Shown here: positions 29,356 to 39,961 of the stretch, one piece after another
Numbering within the stretch: the stretch's first letter is position 1
Layout: the number at the start of each line of letters is the position of its first letter
Assembly (NCBI GenBank): GCA_045863295.1
Contig: BTWA01000029.1
Coordinates: forward strand, 1 to 48,734
Direction of reading: 5' to 3'
DNA length: 48,734 bases
Source of the DNA: Candidatus Hydrogenedentota bacterium
GTDB taxonomy: Bacteria; Hydrogenedentota; Hydrogenedentia; Hydrogenedentales; SLHB01
Translations under genes and position numbers: made by a program
Notes under the pieces: generated by a model
The model's input: only the letters and a program-made list of their open reading frames with translations
What the model was told of the DNA's origin: nothing
The model's database searches: none

Positions 29356-29517
29356 TGCGGTTCATTCCTGCCCGAGAGTTGCGCTCAGTGTACCCCCTTG
29401 CCTTACGCCATACAAACTCAAGGCCTATGGCCGGGCGGTCTTTTTGTGATACGATTAACGCGAGTGGGGGCGTTTGCATCACGCAGTAATTCCGGCGCAA
29501 GAAGGACTTCCGCAGCT

Positions 29518-30825
29518 ATGAAGATTTCGGTTATCGGCACAGGGTACGTGGGACTCGTCGTGGGGACGGGGTTGGCCGAAAACGGTCACAATGTGCGATG
29601 CGTGGATATGGACGCCGCCAAGATAGCCCGCCTGAACAAGGGGGAAATCCCGATTTACGAACCCGGCCTTGAGGAATTGATCGCGCGCAACATCGAAGAA
29701 GAGCGGTTGGCGTTCACGACGGATCTGAATGCGGCCGTCGGCGATTGCCTCATGGTGTTCATCTGCGTAGGCACGCCGCGGGGCGAGGATGGACGCGCGG
29801 ATACGACGGACGTGTTCAAGGCGGCCGAGGCGATTGGCAAGGCCATCAACGGCTACCGGGTCATTGTGACCAAGAGCACGTGTCCCGTTGGGACGACTGA
29901 CGCCGTGCGGAAGCATATCCAGCAATTCACGCAGCATGATTTCGACGTTGTCTCCAATCCGGAATTTCTGCGCCAGGGCGCGGCCGTCGACGATTTCATG
30001 CGGCCCGACCGGGTTGTGGTCGGCGCGGACGATGTGCGCGTGGTGGAGATTATGCGGGAACTCTATGCGCCGTTCCTTCGCACCGGCAAGCCGTTTATCG
30101 CGCTGGGCACGAAGAGCGCGGAGATGGCGAAGTATGCGACCAACGCCATGTTGGCCACGCGCATTTCCTTCATGAATGAATTGTCGGTCGTGTGCGAGGC
30201 GTACGGGGCGGACATCGATCAAGTACGCGAGGTCATCGCGATGGACAGCCGTATCGGACCGGCGTATTTGTTTCCGGGGCTTGGATACGGCGGTTCGTGC
30301 CTTCCCAAGGACGTGGCGGCGTGCGCGAGCCTGGCGCGCGACAAGCAGTTGCCGAGTCCGTTGCTTGATGCGGTCAACCAGGTAAACCGGCAACAGCGGG
30401 AACGGTTTGTTCAACGGATTCGCGAGCACTACGGCAACGCGCTCCATGGAAAACGGATCGCGGTCTGGGGGGCCAGTTTTAAGCCGAAGACCGATGACCT
30501 TCGCGATGGCCCGGCGCTTACGATTATTGATGCCATGCTCGCCGATGGGGCCCACGTGGCCGTATACGACCCGGTGGCCATGGAGCGGCTGGAGGCCATA
30601 TACAACGGACGCATCGAGTTGGCGAAGAAGAATTACGACGCCCTGAGCGGGGCGGATGGCCTCGTCATCGTCACTGAATGGAATGAATTCCGGCGTCCCG
30701 ATTATGCGCGCATGGGTGAGATGATGCGGGAGCGCGTGATTTTCGATGGACGCAATCTCTACACGCCCGGAGTGCTTGCGAAACATGGATTCCGGTACTA
30801 CAGCATCGGACGCCCCGCTGTGTGA
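29518..30825 (+). CDS. ugd: UDP-glucose/GDP-mannose 6-dehydrogenase
   Basis: MKISVIGTGYVGL, SNPEFLRQG, GYGGSCLPKD and FKPKTDDLR motifs. Confidence 0.96.
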   Translation: MKISVIGTGYVGLVVGTGLAENGHNVRCVDMDAAKIARLNKGEIPIYEPGLEELIARNIEEERLAFTTDLNAAVGDCLMVFICVGTPRGEDGRADTTDVFKAAEAIGKAINGYRVIVTKSTCPVGTTDAVRKHIQQFTQHDFDVVSNPEFLRQGAAVDDFMRPDRVVVGADDVRVVEIMRELYAPFLRTGKPFIALGTKSAEMAKYATNAMLATRISFMNELSVVCEAYGADIDQVREVIAMDSRIGPAYLFPGLGYGGSCLPKDVAACASLARDKQLPSPLLDAVNQVNRQQRERFVQRIREHYGNALHGKRIAVWGASFKPKTDDLRDGPALTIIDAMLADGAHVAVYDPVAMERLEAIYNGRIELAKKNYDALSGADGLVIVTEWNEFRRPDYARMGEMMRERVIFDGRNLYTPGVLAKHGFRYYSIGRPAV

Positions 30826-31276
30826 CGCGCGGGTCCAGCGCGCGGCGAGACGCTTCGGATATGTACGCTTGGCCGTGGGTCTGGCGGTTTTGCTTGTGTG
30901 TGGTTATGTCGCAGCCAACGCACTTGCGCAATTGCGTTTCGATGCGCATCGTTTTAGCCAAGTTACCCACGAATTTGGCTTCGAGATAGTTGATGCATAT
31001 CCACAGGTGCAAGGCCGTTTTGTGGATGCCGTGGCCATCGGAAATATTCGCCCGGGCGGACTCTTTGATCGGTCTGGATTCCGCACATCCGACATATTGT
31101 TGGATTATCGTTATGGTTGGCTTGCCCGGCGTTTCGTACGGCAGTTGGACACCAACCGGGGAAGCACGGTCACGGTGCGAGTCGTAAGTGCGTTGGAAGC
31201 CGGAGAGCTTCCGCTTTCCGAACGAACGATTCGCGAACTTCAAATTGACATCCCCGAAGAAAGCTCAGGCATGTAG
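30746..31276 (+). CDS. Small membrane-anchored PDZ-like protein (true start probably downstream of the ugd stop)
   Basis: One TM segment, then VAIGNIRPGGLFDRSGFRTSDILL...GSTVTVRV. Confidence 0.6.
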   Translation: MDAISTRPECLRNMDSGTTASDAPLCDARVQRAARRFGYVRLAVGLAVLLVCGYVAANALAQLRFDAHRFSQVTHEFGFEIVDAYPQVQGRFVDAVAIGNIRPGGLFDRSGFRTSDILLDYRYGWLARRFVRQLDTNRGSTVTVRVVSALEAGELPLSERTIRELQIDIPEESSGM

Positions 31277-31290
31277 CCCCATCGCGGAAA

Positions 31291-34200
31291 CTAAGGCAGG
31301 TAGAGAATCAGCGGTTCGGCGGGTCGGCTCACGCGGCCTTGCGCGTCCGTGACGACGGCGGTCACGTGGTTGTAGCCTCCTTGCGCGACGCTTGACGACA
31401 GCGGCACGGGAATGTCCGCGAATCCGTTCGCGCCGATTGTCCCTGTAAATTCCTGGAAATAGATCGCGGTATTTGCCTCAAACGGTTCGATTTCGTAGCC
31501 GCCGTTCGGCACGCCCTCAAGATAAAGCGCTCCTTCGACCACGATGAGTTTGACTGCCGCTCCCACAGCGCCCTTGACGCGTATGGTCTGGTTGGCGCCG
31601 GTCACATTCGCGTTGACGTCCGCGGTATGCAGCGCATTGAGAACAGGACGTTGCGGGGCCCCTTGCCGCACGGTCACGTCGCAGCTCTCGTCGGTTCCAG
31701 CGATGTGATAGGTATGTCCAGTCAAAACCGTGGCATCGCTGAACGCCGCGGTGACTTCCGCGCCGATGAGCTCAATGCCGGCGACGCTTCCGGATTCACC
31801 GGGTCCGGGCTGTGCCGCGCCGTGAATGCTGGTGGGATCGATGTCTATCGAGAACGTGATTTCCTCGCCGGGGTCGAATCCGTTGAAGGACAACTCAAGC
31901 GCTTCGTAACCGCCCTTGTTCTCCCGAACGTAGTTTACGCCGGTCACTTGCAGATTGGTGCTGTAGTCCAACGTAAACGGCTTGCCCACCGGATCGCCCG
32001 CCAACCCATAGGGGTCGAACACGTTGTCGCGGAAGATGGCCGTGCCGAGGTCGATGCGGATCTTCTGCAGTTGCTGTCCATCCGTGGATGTATTTACCAG
32101 TGAAAACGAATGCGGCGAATACGTGCTTGCATGAATCCCGGGGATGGTGGGAGCAACGGCAAAATACACGGAGGCGCCATTGTCCACCGGCTGCGGCGAG
32201 AGATAACGGAACGCCTTCGGCAATATGTCCGTCTGGCCGCCGCTGGTGACGGTAATATCCACCAGATCAGAGGTCGGGAATGCCGACGCGGGTATGACGC
32301 CTTTGATGCGCGTGGAGGAGACAGAGGTCACCTGGGCGGGAAGGCCGCCGAACGTCACCGTTGTGTTGGCAGCGTTTCCGAAGTTGACGCCGCCAATAAC
32401 GAACGACGTTCCGCCTGATGCGATGGAGCGCCACGGGAAGACATCATAGACCGTGACGCCGCTTGCTCCGGCATCTACGGGTTTCAGTATCGACACCTTG
32501 CTGCCGCTGTGATCCAATCCAATGATCACGCCGCCCGGCCCCGTCAACACGTCGAGCGAAGTCAACGACGGTAATTGCGACAGGGCATCCACAGATTTGC
32601 CATCGGCATTCATTTCCACTCGATATGTGTTGCCATTCCACTGCTGCATCACCAGGTCGCCACGCATCGCGCCGTTGAAGGTGTTGGCACGGTATTCGTC
32701 CACCCCGTTGGTGGAGGGCGGTACGATAAAGTACGACTGGTGAAACACGCCGGGATCGTTCGGAGATGCCGCCAAGTCGCCGTAATACACATACTGCCGC
32801 GCGTCCACCCGGCCCCGGTTGCGGTTGGGATGTCCGTAGTAATCGCCCCAGCGGATGAAATTCAATTCGTCGTCGTGATACCCATTCTGGTTCTGCGTAT
32901 TGGGGCCGGTTGACGCTGCGCCGTAGCCCTGGTTGGGTCCGTTGTCCGTGGCAAATACGCGTTCGCCGGTGGTATAGACGAGATCGAATGCGTTCCGCAG
33001 TCCCGGAGCGAACACGTCAATGTGTACGGGTGGATTCGTCGCAATGGTGACTGTTCCCCCGTACACTTGATCGTCAGGGCTCTCGCCTTGCGGTACGCTG
33101 CCGGTGTAGTGGATTTGGCCGTTGAAATCGGGACGTGAAATCTCGGCTTTGATGATGGCCGCAGCCAACGGGGATTCGTCCAGTCCACCCATGGGACAGG
33201 CAGCCACGCCCGCGTTGGTGTTCCCGCCGACACAGATTAACAAGTCACCGTTGTTGTCAAAGGCCATGCCGTTAATCCCGTGATCGTGATTCGAAACCGG
33301 CAAACCGGATATAACGGTATTGACTGTATTAAAATTCGGACCGGTCAATACCGAGACTTTACCGGAGTACGGCGAGAAGCCGTCAAAACAGGCGCCGCCG
33401 TTTGCAAACAACAGGCTGTGTGCCACATAGATCCGCACAGGTCCGGGGGCGTCGGTAGGATTAAATGCGATGCCCAGAATATAACTTTCAGGGAGCTGAG
33501 CCAACGTGTTGATCGACTGCGTATTTGTCACGTTGTAATTGTCGTCAAACGTGTAAGCATTGATCACACCGTACAATCCACCCACGTACAGACGGCCATC
33601 CGGACCCCACGCGCCTTGTGTCGGCGACGAACTGGTAGGCACTGCCGTGCCCACGTTAAACACGACTGGAATATCGCCTTGTGTCGTGTAGGCAAACGGA
33701 AGCGCATTGCTGGTTCCCGCGGGGGTAACGACGCTGACGTTTACGGTCCCTGTGCCGGGTGGACTCATGAAAGTGACGGAGTTTGGCGTCACGGTAAGTG
33801 ACGCTGACGGAATGGTCGATCCGCCCCATTGAACGGTCACATCGTCCGGAGGCACGAAGCCGATGCCTTGAATGGTCACCACATTTCCGCCGGCAGAGTG
33901 GCCGCCGGGCGTGATGTCGAACAACACGGGGGTCATCGCCGTTTCGTCGTGGGTCAACATCGCATCGGCGATTTCGACCGGCGTTCCACCATTGAGTGCA
34001 TACGTGACTCTGAGTGGCAGCGTGCTGACAGACGGTACGGCAAATCGTGCATCGATCGTGTACTGACCCACAGTGAGCGACAGCGGGCCCGTTACGGGCG
34101 CATTGTTGATGAACAGAACGCGGTTACTTCCGCCGGTGGCCGCGAGCGTATAGGTTCCTGCCTGGGCAATATTCAGTTTGCCCAGCAGTTGCACCATTAC

Positions 34201-37200
34201 GTTTCCGGTAAACAGCGATCCGCCAACCAAACCCTGGTTGTTGTGAATCGCGAGCCTTGAGACGAACTCGGCGAAATCGGGGATAGCCGGTACGTTGTTC
34301 AACAACGATTCCGGGGAGATCGTCGATCCGTCAAAGTACTTTGCGATGGCTCCGGGCACATTGTCGGGCGAGGCGACCAGAAATGTAGCCGAATCGGTCA
34401 ACGATTGCGGAGGTACGTTGTTATCCTGAATCGTCAACGATACCGTGTGACTTCCCACGGCAAACGGCACCGTTGCGTTCGCTGTCGATGCGAGGGTTGT
34501 GCCGCCTTTCTTCCATGCAAACCCCGTCAGACTTTTGCCCAGTTCGTGGGTGTGCGAGAAGGAGCCTTCGAGATAGACGTCGGCCACGCCATTCTGGTCG
34601 TAGTCCACGGTAAATGGATCTACGTTGATAACCACATGCAGGAACGGGTGCGCGGAGGCGCCACCGTCGCCATGCAGTTGCACCGCCTGCGATGCGAAAT
34701 TGCCCTCGAAGTGCGCGGTGATCGCAAATTCCCCTTCGGCCGGGGGCGTGAACTCCGCGTAGAAGGTGGCTGTTCCCCCCGGAGACACGGAGACATTGGG
34801 CGCATGTGTGCCCGTGCCGGTGTACCGGTTGGCGCCGGAGACAATCGAGAATGCGGCCGGGTCGCCAGTGGCATCGGTGAATCGGAGCGTGCTGATTTGC
34901 GCGGCGACCTGTCCACTGTTGGTCAGTGTAATCTGCTGCAAGGTCCCCGTGGTGTTTACCGCCACGTGACCCCATTGAATGTCGCTGGGCGCAATGGATA
35001 CAACCGGCGATGTTTTTACTTCAATGGCGGAGACTTTTGGGTTCTCCGTTCCGTGGACAAACTGGATATTCAGTTGGCCGTCCGTCGCAGCCACCGTAAA
35101 CGTTTCCGTCGTCGCGGTTTCGAAACCGGCTTTGGCGAAGATGTCAAAATCGTTCAAGACGACGTTACCCTCGGCAAGCACGTCAAACACACGCCCGCCT
35201 TGGAACGCCACTCCGGAGTAGATCTCGGCGAAGTGGAGCGTTACCGCATAAGTCCCCGGGCTGACGGTGAAGTTGTACTGCATTTCCTGGCCCGTGGGTC
35301 CGTCCCATCGTTCCGTCTGATACAGCGGATCCATGGTTGTACCGGCTATCGCGGCGGTTGTGCTGTAACTTGAACCGGTATTGAAGTACCCGGTGTCCGC
35401 AACCCAGACGTTCCCGTTGGGGTCCGTGTAGTTCGATCCACCCGCGTTGACACGGAAGAGTACCTGGGCGGCAGGAGGCGGTTGAATGCCCGTTCCCGAC
35501 AAAGGCACATCGACAACTTGCTGTCCTCCATTGCACGTCACGCGCAACGTTGCGCCAACATTTCCCAATGCAGACGGCGCACATTTCACGGACAGCGTGA
35601 CAGCCGATCCTGGAGCAATTGTTGCCGGCACGGAAGGCGACGGCGTGACCTGGAAAGAACTGGTAGCGCCTGCCACGAGAGACACGGAATTCACCGTGGC
35701 CGGCGACCCGGAAATGTTTTGAACTTGGATAAGCTGGGCGGTGCTGCTGGTCCCGACCTCCACGTTGCCAAATGCAAGCGATCCCGGAGTGACGGTGAAT
35801 GCGTTCGCTACGGTACCTGTTCCGCTAAGCGCTACGGCCAACGTTTGCGACTGTCCGGCGATATGGAATTCAAGATCCGCGGTGCGAGCACCAGCGGAAG
35901 TGGGGGAGAACACGGTATTCACCGCAGCGGTTTCGCCCGCGGGAAGGGTCAACGGGAACGTGCCGGTATGCGTGAAATCGCCGGGATGCGAACCGTGCAG
36001 ATGGGCCGACTCGATTGTCGCCGCGATACTGCCGGAATTGGTAAGTGTGATGCCTTTTGCGGACGAAGATTGCCCAAGCGTGACATTTCCGAAAGTGTGC
36101 GACACGGGAGACACGGACACGTCGGCCTGGCCGTTCTCCAAACCCGTACCCGTGAGTACAATTTCAACGGGTTGGGCTGAACCGTTGGAAGTCACCGTCA
36201 AAATGGCGGGACGTGCGCCAATATCCGTTGGCGTGAAGCCAATCGAGATAGCGCGGGACGTATTGGGCGCGATGGTCAACGGTGTCTGAGGCGCGACGGA
36301 ATAGTCGGCCGCAGCGAGGCCGGAAAATGCCATCGCATTTACATTCAACGATGCGGATCCCGCGTTTATGAGCAACACGTCCTGAGGCACGGCGGGTTGC
36401 TGCACCAGCATCGGAGCGAAATCGACCGTTGTCCTGCTGAGGACCAGTTTGGCCGAGCCGCCAGTACCGTATACCGCAATACCGCTCACCTTGGGGTTCT
36501 GCACGCCATGACGAAACGCAACATTCAATGCGCTGTCTTGCACATTGACCGACGTCGCCTTTACCAATGCGGTGAGGTATCCCGCTTCGGATGCGATATC
36601 CACTCCGGTGTATATGGGGGCTCCTTCCGCCAGGATATCGAAAACGCGTTGGCCCGGATTCTGCGCACCGCTGAAGATTTCCGCGAGATGAATCTCCACC
36701 GTATATGTTCCCGGATTCACCGGGAACGTATACGTCATCATCGGTTCCCATGGACTGCTCCAACGTTCACTCTGATACAGCGCGTCGGATGTGGTTCCCG
36801 CGATGGGCGATGTCACCGCGTATGCGGAGCCCGAATTGTAGAACCCAGTGTCGGCAGCCCAGACGTTACCATCCGTATCCGTGTATGCCGGTCCACCCGC
36901 GTTTACACGGAACACGGACGTTCCGCCTCCCCCTTGGTTTGCTACCCCATTGCCGGCGAGCGGTACAGTTACCGGTCCGTCCGGATCATTCGAGGCAATA
37001 GACGCCACAGCGGTGCGTGAACCGGTACCGCCCGCAAGGAAGCTGAATTCGAGACTTGCCTGTCCGCCGGGTGCGATTGTCAAAGGCAGCGCAGTGTTCT
37101 GGGTGAACTCGATTGCCTGTGGGCCCGCCACGGTTACGCTGCTGACGTTGAGGGTGGCATTCCCGGCGTTTTGAATTTGAAGCGTGGCATTACCGGACTG

Positions 37201-38823
37201 TCCAACAACTACATTGCCAAAATTCAGCGATGCCGGACTTGCGGATAGATCGGGATTGGAATTGACAACAATGCCGTTGCCGGTAAGATCGACGTAGACG
37301 TGAAAGTCGTGCGTATCAAAGTGGAGTTTGACCTCGCCAACGCGGGTTCCCACCGTTGTCGGGGCGAATGTGATTGAAAAAGAGGTAGACCCCTGCGGCT
37401 GCAACGTGACTGGTATTGCGGGAAGACCGGACAACGTGTAATCGCCGCCATTGGCTCCGACCAACTCCACGTGATGCAGCATGTGAGGGTACGTATCGCC
37501 ATTGACCACGGTCAGTGTGACCGGAGCGCTGCTCATACCCACCTGAAGGTTTCCAAAAGCAATCGGGTTTGGCGTGGCGGTTACCAACGGATCCAACACC
37601 GACGCCGCGATGGGCACGGTAATAGTGTTACCGGGATCGTCGAAGGCAATCTGCAATTGTGCGGAATGCACGCCAACATCATTAGGTGCAAACTGCACCG
37701 TAATCGGCAAAGCGCCGTTGGAGGCAAGTGCAAAAGGAAACGCCGGCGCATTGACGATGGCAAAAAAGGCCGCATGCGACCCATTCAACGTGATGCCGGA
37801 TATCGTGTGCGCCTTGCCATCGCCCGGCACGATCGTCGTTGTACGCTCGCTTGCTGGATGCCCCAAGCGGACGTTGCCAAAGTCCAATGCGGACGGCTGC
37901 GCCGTCACCACCGGGCCTGTCGCTGCCGGATAAATCTCGATCGCCGAAATCTTCGGGTTGTTCTTCACGTGGTGGAAAGCGAGCTCGAGCGCACCGTCCT
38001 GAACCGTCACACCAATTTCTTCCACATCGGCTCTGAACCCGCCGACCGAAGCAAAAATATCGTAATTGTCGAGTACGTTAACGCCTTCGGCATGAACATC
38101 AAAGACCCGTGCGCCGACCGCCTGTGTGCCTGAATACACCTCCGCAAAATGCAGCCGCACCAAGTACGTGCCCGGTACGACGGGGAATTCATACACCATC
38201 GGAAATTGTGCCGATGGACTCCAGCGTTCCGATTGATACAGTTTGTCGTCTACAGTGTCTGATATCGCAATGTTTCCGGCATCGTAGGCGTTGCCGGTAT
38301 AGACATACGTCGCATCCGACGTCCACGTTTTGCCCTGGCTGTCGACATAGGCGCCTCCGCCAGTGTTGATTCGATACTGGGCTTCGCCGATACCCGTAAG
38401 CGTAATCGTGGCCTTGGAGGTGACCGGGCTATTGTTGTCTATAGTGACATGCGCGGCGTGCGATCCAATCGTGTTTGCCTTGAAACGAACAGCCACCTGC
38501 ACCTCGGTTCCCGCCGCCACTTCGAACGCGCCCGAGCTGTCCAAAAGGAAGTCGCCCGCCGGCGAGTCGATGTTCATCGAATCGATGCGCAGCGTTTGGT
38601 CGCCGGTATTCCGTACGGTCACTTTCCGAGGTGGTGTGACTGCGCCGACCAGCACGTACCCGAAGTCAATATGGGATGCAGACAGCTCGAGAATCGGCCC
38701 CTTAGGGGAATCCGTGGGAGTAGGGGGGCATCCGGCCAAGGCTATTCCGGCGAGACAGACCCATAGTGTGCGTATGAGACCATACGAAAAAGGAATACTG
38801 CAGGTTTTCCCGGAAAGCTGCAT
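31291..38823 (-). CDS. Giant surface lipoprotein: 3 malectin domains, 8 ASH/choice-of-anchor-D Ig-like domains, PKD/PA14-like region, 2 IPT/TIG domains and a glucose/sorbosone-dehydrogenase-like beta-propeller
   Basis: Lipobox ALAGC; three RxNxGG...LYQSERW...HFAE...RVFD...NPKxS units; eight P..LxFG.V.VG-type units; GLRNAFD, TDNGPN and DELN...YYGHPN propeller motifs. Confidence 0.88.
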   Translation of the reverse strand: MQLSGKTCSIPFSYGLIRTLWVCLAGIALAGCPPTPTDSPKGPILELSASHIDFGYVLVGAVTPPRKVTVRNTGDQTLRIDSMNIDSPAGDFLLDSSGAFEVAAGTEVQVAVRFKANTIGSHAAHVTIDNNSPVTSKATITLTGIGEAQYRINTGGGAYVDSQGKTWTSDATYVYTGNAYDAGNIAISDTVDDKLYQSERWSPSAQFPMVYEFPVVPGTYLVRLHFAEVYSGTQAVGARVFDVHAEGVNVLDNYDIFASVGGFRADVEEIGVTVQDGALELAFHHVKNNPKISAIEIYPAATGPVVTAQPSALDFGNVRLGHPASERTTTIVPGDGKAHTISGITLNGSHAAFFAIVNAPAFPFALASNGALPITVQFAPNDVGVHSAQLQIAFDDPGNTITVPIAASVLDPLVTATPNPIAFGNLQVGMSSAPVTLTVVNGDTYPHMLHHVELVGANGGDYTLSGLPAIPVTLQPQGSTSFSITFAPTTVGTRVGEVKLHFDTHDFHVYVDLTGNGIVVNSNPDLSASPASLNFGNVVVGQSGNATLQIQNAGNATLNVSSVTVAGPQAIEFTQNTALPLTIAPGGQASLEFSFLAGGTGSRTAVASIASNDPDGPVTVPLAGNGVANQGGGGTSVFRVNAGGPAYTDTDGNVWAADTGFYNSGSAYAVTSPIAGTTSDALYQSERWSSPWEPMMTYTFPVNPGTYTVEIHLAEIFSGAQNPGQRVFDILAEGAPIYTGVDIASEAGYLTALVKATSVNVQDSALNVAFRHGVQNPKVSGIAVYGTGGSAKLVLSRTTVDFAPMLVQQPAVPQDVLLINAGSASLNVNAMAFSGLAAADYSVAPQTPLTIAPNTSRAISIGFTPTDIGARPAILTVTSNGSAQPVEIVLTGTGLENGQADVSVSPVSHTFGNVTLGQSSSAKGITLTNSGSIAATIESAHLHGSHPGDFTHTGTFPLTLPAGETAAVNTVFSPTSAGARTADLEFHIAGQSQTLAVALSGTGTVANAFTVTPGSLAFGNVEVGTSSTAQLIQVQNISGSPATVNSVSLVAGATSSFQVTPSPSVPATIAPGSAVTLSVKCAPSALGNVGATLRVTCNGGQQVVDVPLSGTGIQPPPAAQVLFRVNAGGSNYTDPNGNVWVADTGYFNTGSSYSTTAAIAGTTMDPLYQTERWDGPTGQEMQYNFTVSPGTYAVTLHFAEIYSGVAFQGGRVFDVLAEGNVVLNDFDIFAKAGFETATTETFTVAATDGQLNIQFVHGTENPKVSAIEVKTSPVVSIAPSDIQWGHVAVNTTGTLQQITLTNSGQVAAQISTLRFTDATGDPAAFSIVSGANRYTGTGTHAPNVSVSPGGTATFYAEFTPPAEGEFAITAHFEGNFASQAVQLHGDGGASAHPFLHVVINVDPFTVDYDQNGVADVYLEGSFSHTHELGKSLTGFAWKKGGTTLASTANATVPFAVGSHTVSLTIQDNNVPPQSLTDSATFLVASPDNVPGAIAKYFDGSTISPESLLNNVPAIPDFAEFVSRLAIHNNQGLVGGSLFTGNVMVQLLGKLNIAQAGTYTLAATGGSNRVLFINNAPVTGPLSLTVGQYTIDARFAVPSVSTLPLRVTYALNGGTPVEIADAMLTHDETAMTPVLFDITPGGHSAGGNVVTIQGIGFVPPDDVTVQWGGSTIPSASLTVTPNSVTFMSPPGTGTVNVSVVTPAGTSNALPFAYTTQGDIPVVFNVGTAVPTSSSPTQGAWGPDGRLYVGGLYGVINAYTFDDNYNVTNTQSINTLAQLPESYILGIAFNPTDAPGPVRIYVAHSLLFANGGACFDGFSPYSGKVSVLTGPNFNTVNTVISGLPVSNHDHGINGMAFDNNGDLLICVGGNTNAGVAACPMGGLDESPLAAAIIKAEISRPDFNGQIHYTGSVPQGESPDDQVYGGTVTIATNPPVHIDVFAPGLRNAFDLVYTTGERVFATDNGPNQGYGAASTGPNTQNQNGYHDDELNFIRWGDYYGHPNRNRGRVDARQYVYYGDLAASPNDPGVFHQSYFIVPPSTNGVDEYRANTFNGAMRGDLVMQQWNGNTYRVEMNADGKSVDALSQLPSLTSLDVLTGPGGVIIGLDHSGSKVSILKPVDAGASGVTVYDVFPWRSIASGGTSFVIGGVNFGNAANTTVTFGGLPAQVTSVSSTRIKGVIPASAFPTSDLVDITVTSGGQTDILPKAFRYLSPQPVDNGASVYFAVAPTIPGIHASTYSPHSFSLVNTSTDGQQLQKIRIDLGTAIFRDNVFDPYGLAGDPVGKPFTLDYSTNLQVTGVNYVRENKGGYEALELSFNGFDPGEEITFSIDIDPTSIHGAAQPGPGESGSVAGIELIGAEVTAAFSDATVLTGHTYHIAGTDESCDVTVRQGAPQRPVLNALHTADVNANVTGANQTIRVKGAVGAAVKLIVVEGALYLEGVPNGGYEIEPFEANTAIYFQEFTGTIGANGFADIPVPLSSSVAQGGYNHVTAVVTDAQGRVSRPAEPLILYLP

Positions 38824-39056
38824 TCGGATCGACAGGAACCTCGCTCCAAAGAACCCGGAGTGTCACCAGAATCGACTCTACCCACTGGCATGTAAGGAGC
38901 AAGAGTCGCGCCACTTGGTGAAAAGCGATATCCTTTTAATTTTGAACGGTTTACAACAACAAAAAGTTCACCTAACACGCTGATTCGATGAACTGCGGGT
39001 CAAGTATTAATCAAGCGTGACTATTATTTGGTCGAAACCGGCGTGCGTCGGTGCCA

Positions 39057-39839
39057 TTAGTTTAACGTTATCGTCTCCGGCTTTTCTCCGCCAAACGAGG
39101 TTATTGTGATATTTCGAACAGCTCCGCCTGTCCGCCACGTGGCTATCCCCAAGGGGCGTGATTTGTCGACTTCCAGACGGATACCTATTTCACGATCCTT
39201 CGTCGAGACATCCACCATCTGTTCTTCATCAATCCACGCCTCAATCTTATCCGGCGACACCTTCACACGAATCAAATACCACTGATCCAAGTTAAAGTCA
39301 CGGAATCGGGCCGTTTCGTTATTGTACGCATCCTGGTAATCGATGCTGGATATCCCTACACACGTGCCGCCCCATCCGCCGACAATGAACGAGCATGGGT
39401 CGTTCCCATAGAGGAACGTGAGGCCGCAAAAGAAGTCGTTGCCGCTGGTGCGCTTTGCCTCAAGGCTGATCTCGTAATTCATGCGAACAAGCGGACCGGT
39501 CCATGTGATTCCTGTCATATCGTTGCCTTCGGCCATGTACGCGGTGTCGCCCTCTATACGGACTTCGCCCTTGCCGTAGAAGTCCGTGGGAACCCATCCT
39601 TTTTCCAACGTAAAATCCTCGGCCCCACGTCCCATATTATGTTTCAGCGGTAAGTCCAGGAGTGGGACGGCCCCGTCAGGTTCGGCCTTTGCGCTATCGT
39701 CGGCCGTCGGCGTGGCAACGTGCTCTTCTGCACTCGTCGTATCCTCGGTGTTTTCCGATGTGCTTGCGCATCCCGGCAGGAATGTGTACGACAGGCAACA
39801 AAGACAGGCTACGAATAGAGCAACGCGAGTAGTTGGCAT
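39057..39839 (-). CDS. DUF1080 (3-keto-disaccharide hydrolase-like) lipoprotein
   Basis: Lipobox LPGC; NYEISLEAKRTSGNDFFCGLTF, GGWGG and WYLIRVKV motifs. Confidence 0.85.
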   Translation of the reverse strand: MPTTRVALFVACLCCLSYTFLPGCASTSENTEDTTSAEEHVATPTADDSAKAEPDGAVPLLDLPLKHNMGRGAEDFTLEKGWVPTDFYGKGEVRIEGDTAYMAEGNDMTGITWTGPLVRMNYEISLEAKRTSGNDFFCGLTFLYGNDPCSFIVGGWGGTCVGISSIDYQDAYNNETARFRDFNLDQWYLIRVKVSPDKIEAWIDEEQMVDVSTKDREIGIRLEVDKSRPLGIATWRTGGAVRNITITSFGGEKPETITLN

Positions 39840-39961
39840 GAGTGACTCCAATATAAATCGCCGGTCGAAAGCGACCGGATGAATGTGTACCATGATACAC
39901 CAAGAGCCGGGGCGTCGGATACTGGTTCGAGAGGCTCCATTTCGCTCAAGAAGGGACAACC

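Noticed and set aside
28879..29517. 213-aa N-terminal extension of ugd
   Set aside because: Overlaps the sulfatase-like gene on the opposite strand; the Rossmann motif begins at the ATG at 29518
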